Part shown: piece after piece, positions 9,046-19,742 of the stretch
Layout: every line of letters starts with the position of its first letter
Numbering within the stretch: position 1 is the first letter of the stretch
DNA from: a bacterium
Lineage (GTDB): Bacteria; JADJOY01
Reading direction: 5' to 3'
Assembly: GCA_046331705.1 (NCBI GenBank)
Contig: JAXLQJ010000002.1
Coordinates: 266,370 to 330,369 of the forward strand
Length of the DNA: 64,000 bases
The notes under the pieces: model-generated
What the model saw: only the letters and a program-made list of their open reading frames with translations
Told to the model about the DNA's origin: nothing
Database searches by the model: none
Made by a program: the position numbers and the translations under genes

Positions 9046-9798
9046 TCACGGCCGTCCGGCGCGGATGTGGAGCGGCCAGCGGACCGAGCGCGCGAGGCCC
9101 GTGTCGCCCCACACCGCCTCGAGTCGCTGCCGCAGCGCCGGAAGCGGATCCTCACCGCGAGCGCGGACGTAGCCCTGCGTGGACGACCACGTGCCCAGAT
9201 AGCCGAGCAGCTCGTCGAGGTTCCACGACTTCTCCATCCACAGCGCCGGTGTCCGGTCGAGCTCGCGAAAGCGAAACGGAAGCGAACGGTAGTGGTCGTC
9301 GACCGCCGCGCGATCGGGCGGCCAGTACGGCCCCACGACGTCGACGTAGTAGTGGGCGATCACCCGATCGACCTCGGGATCGACGGTGCAGACACTGTAC
9401 GCCCACAGCGCCAGCGCGCCGTCGGGGCGGAGCACACGCCGGGCCTCGGCATAGAACCGATCGAGATCGAACCAGTGCGCGGCCTGCGCCACGGTCACCA
9501 GATCGATCGAGCCGCTCTCCAACCCCGATTGCTCGGCTGGCGCGACCGCGTAGCGCACCCGTGGATGGGGCGGGGCTCGGCGGAGCTGGCGCTCGCTGGC
9601 GTCGGTCGCGATCACCTCGTCGAAATGCTCGGCCAGCGCGAGTGCCGCCTGGCCGTTGCCCGTGGCGCAATCCCACGCGCGGCGGCGGTCGCTGACCAGC
9701 GACCGCAACCACGCGAAGAGCGCCGCGGGATAGTCGGGTCGGTAGCGCGCGTAGGCGTCGGCCTTGGCCGAGAAATGGTCCTGGAACGCGCTGCTCAT
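9046..9798 (-). CDS. Class I SAM-dependent methyltransferase
   Basis: YARYRPDYP, AWDCATGNGQ, AQAAHWFD. Confidence 0.9.
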   Translation of the reverse strand: MSSAFQDHFSAKADAYARYRPDYPAALFAWLRSLVSDRRRAWDCATGNGQAALALAEHFDEVIATDASERQLRRAPPHPRVRYAVAPAEQSGLESGSIDLVTVAQAAHWFDLDRFYAEARRVLRPDGALALWAYSVCTVDPEVDRVIAHYYVDVVGPYWPPDRAAVDDHYRSLPFRFRELDRTPALWMEKSWNLDELLGYLGTWSSTQGYVRARGEDPLPALRQRLEAVWGDTGLARSVRWPLHIRAGRP

Positions 9799-9839
9799 CG
9801 GTCACGCTCGGACGGATTCCTCGTGACGCGCCGCCCGCG

Positions 9840-10643
9840 TCACTCGTCGCGTTCGTAGCGGGGCTTTCGCTTCTCGACGAACGCTGCGGCTCCCTCGCGG
9901 ATCGCTCGGCCGGCGATCGCGTCCATGCCCACCTCGGCCTCGATGCGCAGCCCCTCCGCCAGCGGGCGGCCCCAACCCATGACCGCCGCCTGCTTGTCCG
10001 TGCGCAGCGCACCCTGGGGTAGCTCGCAGATCGACGCCGCCAGCTCGCGGGCGCGCGCCAGCGCGTGGCCGCGCGGCACGATCTCGTTCACGAGCCCGAT
10101 CCGCCGCGCCTCGGCGGCGTCGATCACGCGACCGGTGATGATGAGCTCCATCGCGAAGCCCATCCCCACGATCCGCGGCAGCCGCTGCGTGCCGCCGTCC
10201 ACCAGCGGCACGTTCCATTTGCGACAGGTCACGCCGAACTCGGCGTTCTCCGCGGCGATTCGGATGTCGGCGAGGCACGCGAGCTCGAGCCCGCCCGCGA
10301 ACGCGTAGCCGTTCACGGCGGCGAGGATCGGCTTGAAGACGTCGGTCTGTCGCGTGTAGCCGATGAATCCCGGCCCGTCGTTGATGAAGCGCCGGCGCGC
10401 GTGCGACGAGACGTCCCTGCCGGGACCGAGCGAGTCGAGGTTCTTGAGATCCGCGCCGGCGCAGAACGAGAGATCGCCCGCGCCGGTGAGGATCGCGACC
10501 CAGAGATCGTCGTCGTCGCGGAACTCCTTCCACGCACGCTCCAGCAACGACGCGGTCTCGCCGTCGATGCAGTTGCGCACCTCGGGGCGATTGATGGTGA
10601 GCACCAGCACGTGGCCGTCGCGCTCGGTGATCACCTTCGGCAT
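9840..10643 (-). CDS. Enoyl-CoA hydratase/crotonase family protein
   Basis: FCAGADLK, KPILAAVNGYAFAGGLELA, DGGTQRLPR. Confidence 0.92.
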   Translation of the reverse strand: MPKVITERDGHVLVLTINRPEVRNCIDGETASLLERAWKEFRDDDDLWVAILTGAGDLSFCAGADLKNLDSLGPGRDVSSHARRRFINDGPGFIGYTRQTDVFKPILAAVNGYAFAGGLELACLADIRIAAENAEFGVTCRKWNVPLVDGGTQRLPRIVGMGFAMELIITGRVIDAAEARRIGLVNEIVPRGHALARARELAASICELPQGALRTDKQAAVMGWGRPLAEGLRIEAEVGMDAIAGRAIREGAAAFVEKRKPRYERDE

Positions 10644-10653
10644 GACGTCTGCC

Positions 10654-11994
10654 CTACAAGAGCGTGCCGCGCAGCAGCAAGCTCGCCACGGTGAAGTAGA
10701 TGACGATGCCGCTCACGTCGACGAGGGTGGCGACGAAGGGCGCCGAGGCGCTCGCGGGGTCGAAGCCCACACGGCGCAACACCAGCGGCAGCATCGAGCC
10801 CGAGAGCGCGCCCCACAGCACCACGCCCACGAGGCTCGCGGACACCGTGAACGCGATCAGCAGGTAATGCTCGCCGTAGAGCGTGTCGCGGCTCGGCCAC
10901 ATCAGGATGCGCACGAAACCGATCGCGCCCAGGATCGTGCCGAGGGTGAGCCCGGCGGCGATCTCGCGGCGCATCACGCGCCACCAATCGGCGAGCCGCA
11001 CCTCGCCGAGCGCCATGGCGCGGATCACCAGCGTCGACGCTTGCGAGCCGGTGTTGCCGCCGCTCGAGATGATGAGCGGGATGAAGAGCGCCAGCACCAC
11101 GGCGCGCGAGATCTCGTGCTCGAAGTAGCCCATCGCGGTGGCGGTGAGCATCTCGCCGACGAAGAGCACCACCAACCAGCCGGCGCGCTTGCGGATCATG
11201 CTGAAGAAGCCGACGTTCAGGTACGGCGCGTCGAGGGCCTCGACGCCGCCGTACTTCTGCATGTCCTCGGTGGCTTCTTCCTCGACGACGTCGAGGATGT
11301 CGTCGGCGGTGACGATTCCCTTCATCTTCCCGTCGCTGTCCACGACCGGGATGGCGACGAGGTCCGAGTCGCGGAAGAGCTGGCTCAGCGCCTCCTGATC
11401 GAGGTCGTCGCTCGCCAGCACCAGATCCGACTGCATCACGTCGGCCACCAGGCTGTCGGGAGGCGCCATGAAGAGCTCGCGCAGCGACAACACGCCGATG
11501 GGGCGCTGCTCGGCGTCGAGCGCATACGCGTAATAGATCGTCTCGGGATGCTCGCGGACCTGGCGCCGCAGGTAGCGAATCGCCTCGTCGGCGGTCATCT
11601 CCGGGCGAACGCGGGCGTAACGCGGGCTCATCAGACCGCCCGCCTCGTCCTCGGCGTAGAGCAAGAGCGCCGTCACTTCCTTGCGCGTGACGGCGTCCAA
11701 GAGGGCGAGGATCGAGTCGCGCTCCTCGATCGGCACCTCTTGCACGAGGTCCGCGACGTCGTCGGGCGGCAAGAGCCGCACCCACGAGCGACGCTCGTCG
11801 GCGGGCAGCCGGGTCAGCAGCGCGGCCTGATCGAGCGCCGAGAGCGCCATGAAGAAATCCTCGGCCTCGACCCGCGGCAGGAGTCGAAATCCCTCGAACC
11901 GATCGTCCTCGGAGAGCACCGTCCACGCTTCCCGAAGCTCGGAAGCGTCGAAGGTCTCGTCGGCGACCCGGACGGGTTCGGTCGGCTCTTCCAT
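10654..11994 (-). CDS. mgtE: Magnesium transporter MgtE
   Basis: AGGLM, CBS pair, RAGWL, SSGGNTGSQ, DPASASAPFVATLVDV. Start placed at MEEP. Confidence 0.93.
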   Translation of the reverse strand: MEEPTEPVRVADETFDASELREAWTVLSEDDRFEGFRLLPRVEAEDFFMALSALDQAALLTRLPADERRSWVRLLPPDDVADLVQEVPIEERDSILALLDAVTRKEVTALLLYAEDEAGGLMSPRYARVRPEMTADEAIRYLRRQVREHPETIYYAYALDAEQRPIGVLSLRELFMAPPDSLVADVMQSDLVLASDDLDQEALSQLFRDSDLVAIPVVDSDGKMKGIVTADDILDVVEEEATEDMQKYGGVEALDAPYLNVGFFSMIRKRAGWLVVLFVGEMLTATAMGYFEHEISRAVVLALFIPLIISSGGNTGSQASTLVIRAMALGEVRLADWWRVMRREIAAGLTLGTILGAIGFVRILMWPSRDTLYGEHYLLIAFTVSASLVGVVLWGALSGSMLPLVLRRVGFDPASASAPFVATLVDVSGIVIYFTVASLLLRGTLL

Positions 11995-12237
11995 GGCACG
12001 CGCGCTGCGAAGCCGAGGAAGCTCGCCGCGGGCGTCGGAGACTAGCAGGCGCGCGAAAACGGCGGCGACGGCGCGACCGAGGTCTTCGGCGAGCGAAGCA
12101 CGGACGCCCTCACGGCACGCGCGAGCGTTCGCGCGAAGGTCTCGCGCTGCCGTCGCGAGCGTCGCAGCGAGTCCGCTCGTGCTCGCTGACGTTGCCGGCG
12201 CCACGGCGCCACGTGCGCGCGCGACCCTCGAAGCAAA

Positions 12238-12477
12238 TCAGCGCTGGATCGCCCAGGCCCCGAAGATGCGGTTGTAGCGGATGAGCCAGACCTCGTCCCG
12301 ATCGGTGCGAACGCGAAAATAATCCTGCGGCGAGTCCGTGGGGTGGGCCGAGCTGCCGAGCCAACGATCCACGATCTCGACGATCCGCCGCCGCTCGCCG
12401 TCGATGACCAGCGCCCGAGGCTCCTCGCCTCCGCGCGTGCCGGCATAGGCCTCGACCTCGACGAGCGTCCAGCTCAC
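12238..12477 (-). CDS. Small conserved-looking hypothetical protein
   Basis: VEAYAG, EEPR, VEIVDRW, YFRVRT pattern; GTG start assumed. Confidence 0.7.
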   Translation of the reverse strand: MSWTLVEVEAYAGTRGGEEPRALVIDGERRRIVEIVDRWLGSSAHPTDSPQDYFRVRTDRDEVWLIRYNRIFGAWAIQR

Positions 12478-12630
12478 GGCTGCACCCGCCTTCCCCGCCC
12501 CTGCCGGCATGGGACGGTCTCGGGACGTCCGAGCTCGCTGGTACGGAAAATGCGCTTTCCCGTCAACATCCTCGCCTCCCAGGACAAGCCCACAACGTCC
12601 CGCACTCTCCCGATGTGACCAATAATCATC

Positions 12631-15600
12631 ATGATTACAATGTCTTACAAATCAGATTCCGCATCGCTCGGTGGGCAGGTGCCACCCTCCAACGTCGAGC
12701 CGACGAGCGAATCATCGTTGACCAATGGTCAACTCGTTGCTCATTCGACATCTGTGGCATTCCCAACGCCCCACGAATCCGGCGAGGCTGGTCCGCATGC
12801 ATCAGCAATCACGGAGGCGCACCTGATCGGGGCTCGGTACCGCGAGATTCGCTCTCTCGGTCAGGGTGGCACGGGCGCGACGCTGTTGGTGGCGGATACC
12901 GCCGACGGCGACGCGCTGCGTGCGCTCAAGTGGATCACCGCTCCCGCCCGCGACGACGCGCCTGCCGCTGTCGATTCCGCAGCCTTGGCCTGCCGCGCGG
13001 CGCTCGCCGGCGAGTTCCAGCTCCTCGCCACCCTCGACCATCCGCACCTCACCCGCGTCTTCGATTTCGGCCACGATGCCCGCCGCGGCGGCTGGTACTT
13101 GGTCGAGGAGTGGTCGAACGGCACCACCTTTCCCGCGCACGACCCCGCCCGCTCGCCTGCGTTCACCGACACGACGCTCGCCGATCTCGCGCACCAGCTC
13201 CTCGGCACGCTCGCGTTCCTGCACGAGCGCGGCATCGTCCACGGCGACATCCAGCCCGGCAACGTGCTGCTCGAGGACCGCGACGGCACGCCCTATCTGC
13301 GCCTGATCGATTTCTCCGGCGCGCTCGCTCGCTGGCTTCCTGCGGGCGCCGTCACCGGAACGCCCGGATACGTGGCCCCCGAAGTGCTGTCCGGCGCACC
13401 GCGCTCGCCCGCGACCGATCTTTACGCGGCGGGCGTGCTGCTCGCCGGCGCGCGGCCGCCACACGACGGCAGCAACGGCAACGGCGCACGCACGGCGCTC
13501 GACGACCTCTGCGACGGCTTGCGCCAGCGCGACCCGAGCCTGCGCCTCGCGAGCGCTCACGCCGCCGCGCGCATCCTGAGTGACGACGCCGCCGCCCCCG
13601 CCCAACCATCGAGCGTCGCGCAAGCGCCGCTCTTCGGCCGCGAGCGCGCGCTCGAGCAAGCGCTGGCCCAGCTCGGCTTCGGCGCCGCGTCCGCACCGAC
13701 CCGCGAGGCCCGACTGGTGGTCGTGGACGGCGCGGTGGGCATCGGCAAGAGCCGCTTCCTCGACGAGATCGAGACCCGCGCGCGCCTCGAGGGTACGCGG
13801 GTGGCCCGCGTCCACGCCGATCGCGATCGCGCGCGGACCGAGCTCGCGCCGGGCGAGCTCACCGTCTTCGATCCGCTGCCGCACCCGCTCTCGCCCGCCG
13901 GACGCGCGATCCGCGCGGCGCTCGTCGAGAGCGCGACCGACGCCGCGGCGCTCGGACCGCGCATCGCCGGCGCCCCGGCGAGCGAGGACGACGCCCATGC
14001 GTGGAGCTCGTGCCTCGCCGAGCAGCTCTCCTCGCGCGCGGCGCTGTGGATCGCCCTCGGTCCCCTCGACGAGCCGGCGTGCGAAGCGCTCGCGGCCTGG
14101 GTCAGCCCGCGCCACGAGGGCTCGGCGGCGTGCGGCTCGATCGCCCGCCGCAGCGGCGGCAACCCGCTGCTCTTGCTCGAGCTCGTCAACGCGCGCGCCG
14201 CGGGCCGCGATCTGCCCGAGCGTGGCCGTGGCGTGAACGCGCTCACCGACCGCATCCGCGCGCTGCCCGAGCCCGAGCGTCGCGTGCTCGCCGCGCTCGC
14301 CATCCTCGACGACAACGCGACCGCCGCCGAGATCGCGTGCGTCATCGACCGCGCCGCCCAGGACGTGCACGTGCTGTTGCGTCGCCTCGAGACGCGCGGC
14401 CTGGTCGAAGCGTCGCCGAGCGGCGACTCGCGCTGGGAGTCGCGCCACGGCCTCGCCACCGAGACCGCGCTCACGGCGTGCGACGAGGACCAGCGCGCCG
14501 CGTGGCACCAACGCGCCGCGCGCGCCCGGGAGGAAGGCGTGCTCGCGGCCCGTCCCCTGGCGATCGCGCGCGATTGGCTGCGCGGGCGCGAGCCGCTGCG
14601 CACCGTGACCACGCTGGCGCGCTCGTGGGACGCGGTCGCGCGGGAGCATGCGATCCACGGCGCCGCGAGCCTGCTCGCGGAGGCGTCGGGCTTGCTGCGG
14701 CGCGAGGACGCCGCGTGCCCCGACTGGCTCTTCCTCGCGCACGCGCTCGAGCTGGGCGGCGAGCCGGAGAGCGCCCTCGAATGCGCCGAGCGCGCCGGCG
14801 CGACCGCCACCACCCCGAGCGAGCGCGTGGCCGCGGCGGTGGCCCGGGCCGCGGCGCTCAAGGCACTCGGCCGCGTCGCGGAGGCGAGCGCGGCGCTCGA
14901 TGTCGTCGCTGCCGACTCGGACCCTCGTGTCGCCGAGATGCGCATGCGGCTCGCGACCCTCGCCGGCAAGCCGCTCGAAGCACTGGCGACCGCCGACCTG
15001 CACGCGGGCGCCGCCGCAGCCCTGGACTCACCCGCGATCTGGGTCCAGCGCGGCTACGCGCACGCCGCCATGGGGCAGCACGATCTCGCCCGCGAGCTCT
15101 TCGAGCGCGCGCGGGCCGCGCTTGCGCCCGACGCCACGAGCGAGCGCCCGGCGCGCGCGCTCGCCGCCAGCGGCCTCGGCGTGCTCGCCATGCAGGCCGG
15201 CGAGCACGCGCGCGCCGCGCAGTGCTTCCGTGACGCGATCGCCGACTCGGACGGCGCCTCGAGCGTTCGCGAGCGCGCCACCTTCCGCCTCAACCTGGCG
15301 GCGGCGCTCCACGGCCAAGGTGAGCTGTTGCAAGCGCTCGCGACCTACGCGGAAGCGGCCGAAGAGCTGCGCGCCGCGGGAGCACGGCGAGAGCTCGCCC
15401 ACGCGCTCGCCTCGCGCGCCAGCCTGCTCGCGTTCCTGGGCGACCTGCGCGCCGCGCGCGCCCTCGCCGCGGAGGCGTGCGCGGTGCTGCCCTCGAGCGC
15501 GGACGCGAACGCCGGCATCTTCCCGTGGCTGGTGGCGGCCAGCGCGGCCGTCGAGGATGGCCAGCTCGAGGACGCCGAGCGAGCCGCGCGCTCGGTGCTC

Positions 15601-17853
15601 GAGCGGAGCGCGCCGCGCAGCCGCGAGCGCGCCCTCGCGCTCCACGTCGTCGCCGAGGCCGCTCGCCGGCGTGGCGATGCCGGTGCTGCGCTGGCGGCGC
15701 TGGGCGACGTGCTGACGCTCGCAGCCAGCCTCGACGCCCGCGACCTGCTCGCCCGCGCGTTCCTGTCACGGGGTCGCATCGCCTCGCGCACCCGGCCCGA
15801 GCGGGAAGCGGATCTGAGGCTCGCCCTCGCGACCTTCACCGAGGTGGGCGAGCGCATCGGCCGCGCCGAGTCCGCGCTGACGCTGGTCGCATTGCTCGAG
15901 GAAAACGGCGATCCCGCCGGGCAGGCGCACGAGCTCGTCACCCTCGCCCACCAGGCGATCCGCGAGCAGGCGCGCCTGGTCCCCGACCGCTACCGGCCGC
16001 TCTTTCTTCGCTCGCGCCGCTTCGATGCGGCGGTCCTCGACGCACCCGACGGCGCAGGCGGCGGGATCGAGCGACCCGCTCGCGTCGCCGCCAAGGAAGG
16101 CGAGGCGGCGCGCAGCGTGCGGGCCGCGAACCGAACGCTGCTCGACGCGCGTCTCATGCGCGTCCTCGAGATCAATCGGCGCCTCGCCAGCGAGCGCGAT
16201 CGCCAGCGGCTCCTCGAGCGGATCCTCGACAGCGCCATCGAGCTCGCCGAGGCCGAGCGCGGCTTCTTGATCGTTCACGACGGCACCGCGCTCGAGATCC
16301 CGGTGGCGCGGAACCTCGACCGCGAGACGCTGGCGCGTCCCGGCCATCTCATCAGCCGCACCATCGCCGAGCGCGTGCTCGCGAGCGGCGAGCCCTTCGA
16401 TTCCCCCGACGCCATGGCGGACACCCGGCTCGCGAGCGTGGGTAGCGTCCACGACCTGCGCGTGCGCTCGGTGCTGTGCGTGCCGTGCCGCGGCGACAAG
16501 GGCACCGTCGGGGCGCTCTATCTCGACCACCGCTTCTGGGCCGACGCCTTCGGTCCCGAAGATCGCGTGCTCGTCGAAGCGATCGCCGATCAAGCGGCGA
16601 TCGGCCTCGAGAACCTGCGGCTCGCCGACGAGCTGGCCCGCCGCAACGCCGCCCTGGAACGCGCGCAGCGCGATCTCTTGACCCAGAACCAGGCGCTCGC
16701 GCGCGAAGCGGAGGCCGAGCGCGCGCGCGTCGCGGCCGTCGAGCAGCAGCTCGAGCACGCCCAGCGCGAGAACGCCCTGCGCCACCGTTACGACCGGATC
16801 GTGGGCCGCTCGCCGGCGATGGTCGACGTGCTCAGGCTCGTCGATCGCGTGACCGACACCGAGTCCACCGTGCTCGTCTACGGCGAGAGCGGCACCGGCA
16901 AGGAGCTGATCGCGCGCGCCATCCACTACAACGGCCCCCGCTCCAAGGCGCCCTTCGTGTCGCTCAACTGCGGCGCGCTGCCCGAGACGCTCCTCGAGGC
17001 GACGCTCTTCGGTCATCGCAAGGGCGCCTTCACCGGCGCCATCGAGACCCGCACGGGCCTCTTCGAGGAGGCCAACGGCGGAACGCTCTTCCTCGACGAG
17101 GTCGGCGACATGAGCCCCACCATGCAGGTGCGGCTCCTGCGCGCGATCCAGGAAGGCGAGATCCGGCCCGTGGGCGCCGATCGCCCGGTGAAGGTGAACG
17201 TGCGCATCGTCGCGGCGACGCACCGCGACTTGAGGGCCGAGGTCGAGAAGGGCAACTTCCGGCAGGACCTGCTCTACCGTCTCGAGGTCATCGTGCTCTC
17301 GCTGCCCGCGCTGCGCGATCGTCGCGAGGACATCCCGCTCATCGCGACCCACCTCCTGAGCGAGCTCGCCGGGCGCGACGGCAAGCCCGCTCCCGCGCTG
17401 AGCCGCGGCGCGCTCGAGCTGCTCTTGAGCCACGATTGGCCCGGCAACGTCCGCGAGCTCGCGAGCGTGCTCGAGACCGCGCGGGTGCTGGCCAACGGCG
17501 ACGTGATCCAGCCGAACGATCTGGCGGCAAGCCCCGCGTTCCACGCGATCCGAGCGCGTGCGACCGCGCCCGCCGCGTCCGCTGACGACGACGCATCCGC
17601 CGGTGGCGACTTCCGGGAGCAGGTCCAAGCCTTCGAGCGGAAGATCTTGAGTGACTCCCTGGCACGCGCCAGCGGTAACATGAGCAGGGCCGCGCGCGCG
17701 CTCGGCATGGACCGCGCACAGATGTTCCGCTTGCTCAAGCGCTACGGCATCGGGCAATCGCCGGCGACTCGCGCCGACGAGCCGCGCGCTTGGCGCGACG
17801 ACGAGCCGCGCACCCAACCGATCGGCGGGCCGAACCCGCGGGAGAACCGATGA
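12631..17853 (+). CDS. Ser/Thr kinase-ATPase-TPR-GAF-sigma54 activator-Fis HTH fusion
   Basis: LGQGGTG, HGDIQPGN, LIDFS, GTPGYVAPE; GAVGIGKS; Ala-rich helical repeats; AERGFL and GALYLD (GAF); GESGTGKE, GAFTGA, LFLDEV, WPGNVREL; C-terminal HTH. Start uncertain. Confidence 0.92.
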   Translation: MITMSYKSDSASLGGQVPPSNVEPTSESSLTNGQLVAHSTSVAFPTPHESGEAGPHASAITEAHLIGARYREIRSLGQGGTGATLLVADTADGDALRALKWITAPARDDAPAAVDSAALACRAALAGEFQLLATLDHPHLTRVFDFGHDARRGGWYLVEEWSNGTTFPAHDPARSPAFTDTTLADLAHQLLGTLAFLHERGIVHGDIQPGNVLLEDRDGTPYLRLIDFSGALARWLPAGAVTGTPGYVAPEVLSGAPRSPATDLYAAGVLLAGARPPHDGSNGNGARTALDDLCDGLRQRDPSLRLASAHAAARILSDDAAAPAQPSSVAQAPLFGRERALEQALAQLGFGAASAPTREARLVVVDGAVGIGKSRFLDEIETRARLEGTRVARVHADRDRARTELAPGELTVFDPLPHPLSPAGRAIRAALVESATDAAALGPRIAGAPASEDDAHAWSSCLAEQLSSRAALWIALGPLDEPACEALAAWVSPRHEGSAACGSIARRSGGNPLLLLELVNARAAGRDLPERGRGVNALTDRIRALPEPERRVLAALAILDDNATAAEIACVIDRAAQDVHVLLRRLETRGLVEASPSGDSRWESRHGLATETALTACDEDQRAAWHQRAARAREEGVLAARPLAIARDWLRGREPLRTVTTLARSWDAVAREHAIHGAASLLAEASGLLRREDAACPDWLFLAHALELGGEPESALECAERAGATATTPSERVAAAVARAAALKALGRVAEASAALDVVAADSDPRVAEMRMRLATLAGKPLEALATADLHAGAAAALDSPAIWVQRGYAHAAMGQHDLARELFERARAALAPDATSERPARALAASGLGVLAMQAGEHARAAQCFRDAIADSDGASSVRERATFRLNLAAALHGQGELLQALATYAEAAEELRAAGARRELAHALASRASLLAFLGDLRAARALAAEACAVLPSSADANAGIFPWLVAASAAVEDGQLEDAERAARSVLERSAPRSRERALALHVVAEAARRRGDAGAALAALGDVLTLAASLDARDLLARAFLSRGRIASRTRPEREADLRLALATFTEVGERIGRAESALTLVALLEENGDPAGQAHELVTLAHQAIREQARLVPDRYRPLFLRSRRFDAAVLDAPDGAGGGIERPARVAAKEGEAARSVRAANRTLLDARLMRVLEINRRLASERDRQRLLERILDSAIELAEAERGFLIVHDGTALEIPVARNLDRETLARPGHLISRTIAERVLASGEPFDSPDAMADTRLASVGSVHDLRVRSVLCVPCRGDKGTVGALYLDHRFWADAFGPEDRVLVEAIADQAAIGLENLRLADELARRNAALERAQRDLLTQNQALAREAEAERARVAAVEQQLEHAQRENALRHRYDRIVGRSPAMVDVLRLVDRVTDTESTVLVYGESGTGKELIARAIHYNGPRSKAPFVSLNCGALPETLLEATLFGHRKGAFTGAIETRTGLFEEANGGTLFLDEVGDMSPTMQVRLLRAIQEGEIRPVGADRPVKVNVRIVAATHRDLRAEVEKGNFRQDLLYRLEVIVLSLPALRDRREDIPLIATHLLSELAGRDGKPAPALSRGALELLLSHDWPGNVRELASVLETARVLANGDVIQPNDLAASPAFHAIRARATAPAASADDDASAGGDFREQVQAFERKILSDSLARASGNMSRAARALGMDRAQMFRLLKRYGIGQSPATRADEPRAWRDDEPRTQPIGGPNPRENR

Positions 17854-19346
17854 TGGTCCAGCGACACGCGCGCACGGCCTGGATCGGCTTCTTCGCGGCG
17901 CTGACCGCGCTCGCCCTCGGCTGCGAGGGCGGAAGCGCGGGCTTGCCGCCGATCCCGGTGTCGCCGTTGCGCGTGATCGCCGCGACTCGACCCAGCGACG
18001 GCAGCCTCGCCGCGGTCGCCGATCCGTACCTTCAGGCGATTCCGGTGAGCGGCAACGCGGTCAACGGCGCGATCGCGGCGGGTGTCGCGATCGAGGTGCC
18101 GGTCGACCAGACGTATTTCCTGGAGGTCACCGACGGCCCGACCCCGACGCGCGATGGCGGCCGACTGGTGGGCGACGTGGTGTTCGCCTCGGGCGCCGGA
18201 TCGCCCGACACCAGCGCGCTCTTCGTGGACGCCGCGGACGTGCCCATCGATCTCGGCGAGCTGCGGCTGGCGGGAGGGCGCGTCAGCCCCAGCACCAATC
18301 CGCTCGACTTCGTGGACGCCGACGATGACGGCGTTCCCGACTCGCAGGAGGTCAACACCAGCCCGCTGCGCGTGCTGCGCGTCGACCCGAGCGACGGCGC
18401 AACCGAGGTCGCGCGCGACGAGGAGATCGAGATCCGGTTCTCGCTGGCGATCGACCCGGCCACGGTCGACGACGCCACCGTGCGCATCGAAGGCCCGGAT
18501 GGTGCGATCCCGATTCGCATCTCGAACGAGGACGAGGGCGAGGAAGCGGGTCGCATCGAGATCGAACCACGCGACGGCTTGGCGGCCAGCACGACCTACA
18601 CCGTGGTGGTGACCACCGGCGTGGAGAGCACCGACGGTCGCGCGCTGGCGGTCGAGTTCCGCAGTCGCTTCACCACGCGCGCGGGGAGCGGCGGCGGCAG
18701 CGGCTCGGGCAGCGAGGACGATGGCAGCGCGGGCGGATCCAGTGGCTCGGGCAATGGCACCGACGACGGTAGCGGCACCGGATCCGGCGACGGCAGCGAG
18801 GACGGATCGGGGAGCGGCTCCGGCAGTGGCGATGACGGCTCGTCCGGCGGCGGAAGTGGCGGCAGCGACGACGGCGGTGCCAGTGGCGGCTCGGACGACG
18901 GAAGCGACGATGGCTCGGACGGAGGATCCGGCGGCTCCGACGATGGCTCCGGCGGCGGCTCCGGCGGGACCGACGACGGATCCGGCGATGGTTCCGGTGA
19001 CGGTTCGGGTTCGGGTGACGGTTCGGGCGGCAGCGACGACGGCTCGGGCAGCGGGTCTGGATCGGACGACGGTTCCGGCGGCAGCTCGGGCAGCGGCGAC
19101 GACACCGGCGGCGATGGCTCGGGCGAGGTCGAGAGCGCCGACGTGACCGGTACGGTGACGGCCATCGCCAGCAACTCGATCACCGTCGCCGGCGAGGTGT
19201 GGACGATCACGGCCAGCACCCGAATCGTCGACTCCACCGGGGTGGTCGACTGGAACGCCATCCCCCTCGACGCAAAGGTCGAGGTCCAAGGCGTGCGCGA
19301 GATCGACGGCACGCTGATCGCAGAAGAGATCAAGATCGAAGACTGA
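17850..19346 (+). CDS. Lipoprotein with Ig-like domain, Gly/Ser/Asp linker and DUF5666-like domain
   Basis: ATGA overlap with the activator stop; LALGC lipobox; VDPSDGATEV, IRFS, YTVVVTTGV; C-terminal GTVTAI, VEVQG, AEEIKIED. Confidence 0.8.
   Translation: MMVQRHARTAWIGFFAALTALALGCEGGSAGLPPIPVSPLRVIAATRPSDGSLAAVADPYLQAIPVSGNAVNGAIAAGVAIEVPVDQTYFLEVTDGPTPTRDGGRLVGDVVFASGAGSPDTSALFVDAADVPIDLGELRLAGGRVSPSTNPLDFVDADDDGVPDSQEVNTSPLRVLRVDPSDGATEVARDEEIEIRFSLAIDPATVDDATVRIEGPDGAIPIRISNEDEGEEAGRIEIEPRDGLAASTTYTVVVTTGVESTDGRALAVEFRSRFTTRAGSGGGSGSGSEDDGSAGGSSGSGNGTDDGSGTGSGDGSEDGSGSGSGSGDDGSSGGGSGGSDDGGASGGSDDGSDDGSDGGSGGSDDGSGGGSGGTDDGSGDGSGDGSGSGDGSGGSDDGSGSGSGSDDGSGGSSGSGDDTGGDGSGEVESADVTGTVTAIASNSITVAGEVWTITASTRIVDSTGVVDWNAIPLDAKVEVQGVREIDGTLIAEEIKIED
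18682..19125 (+). repeat. Low-complexity coding repeat (GSDDGSG-like)
   Basis: About 145 codons made almost entirely of Gly/Ser/Asp with variable synonymous codons. Confidence 0.85.
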
Positions 19347-19623
19347 CGCGCTGCGCACGCCGGTCGCGTGCTGCGCGCTCGGGGTCGCCACGCTCGGCGA
19401 CGGTTGACGAATCGTCGTCGACCGAGACCGCTGAGCCACATGCGCGTACCGAACGCGAACGGAACGTCGTCCGCGTTTCACTCGCGGCTCACGCGCCGCA
19501 CCACCGTCGGGTGCGGCGCGGGCCCGCTCGACTCACGCGAACCACGCGATCTCGCGCCAGTTCCGCGCAGCGATCGATCCCTCATCGCCGCCGCCGCGGC
19601 GCAACGTGACCTCCGTCACCAAG

Positions 19624-19639
19624 CGGCACGACGGCTGCA
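19624..19639 (+). promoter_or_regulatory. Putative sigma54 -24/-12 promoter
   Basis: CGGCACGACGGCTGCA has exact GG-N10-GC spacing with GGCAC and TGC; about 100 bp upstream of ATG 19743. Confidence 0.55.
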
Positions 19640-19742
19640 CGACGCTGCACCGCTCGCGCGCCCGATCGACGCGTGAGCGGTTCCCACCGCGCGTGGGACC
19701 TTCACCCCCTGGATGACGCGAAGCAAGAAGGGAGGACGAACG

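Noticed and set aside
11995-12204. N-terminal extension of MgtE in the ORF track
   Set aside because: Ala/Arg-rich and unlike MgtE; no Mg riboswitch could be recognised by eye either.
18682-19125. Repetitive DNA as a possible CRISPR array
   Set aside because: In-frame Gly/Ser/Asp coding repeat with synonymous variation; no constant repeat-spacer structure and no cas genes.
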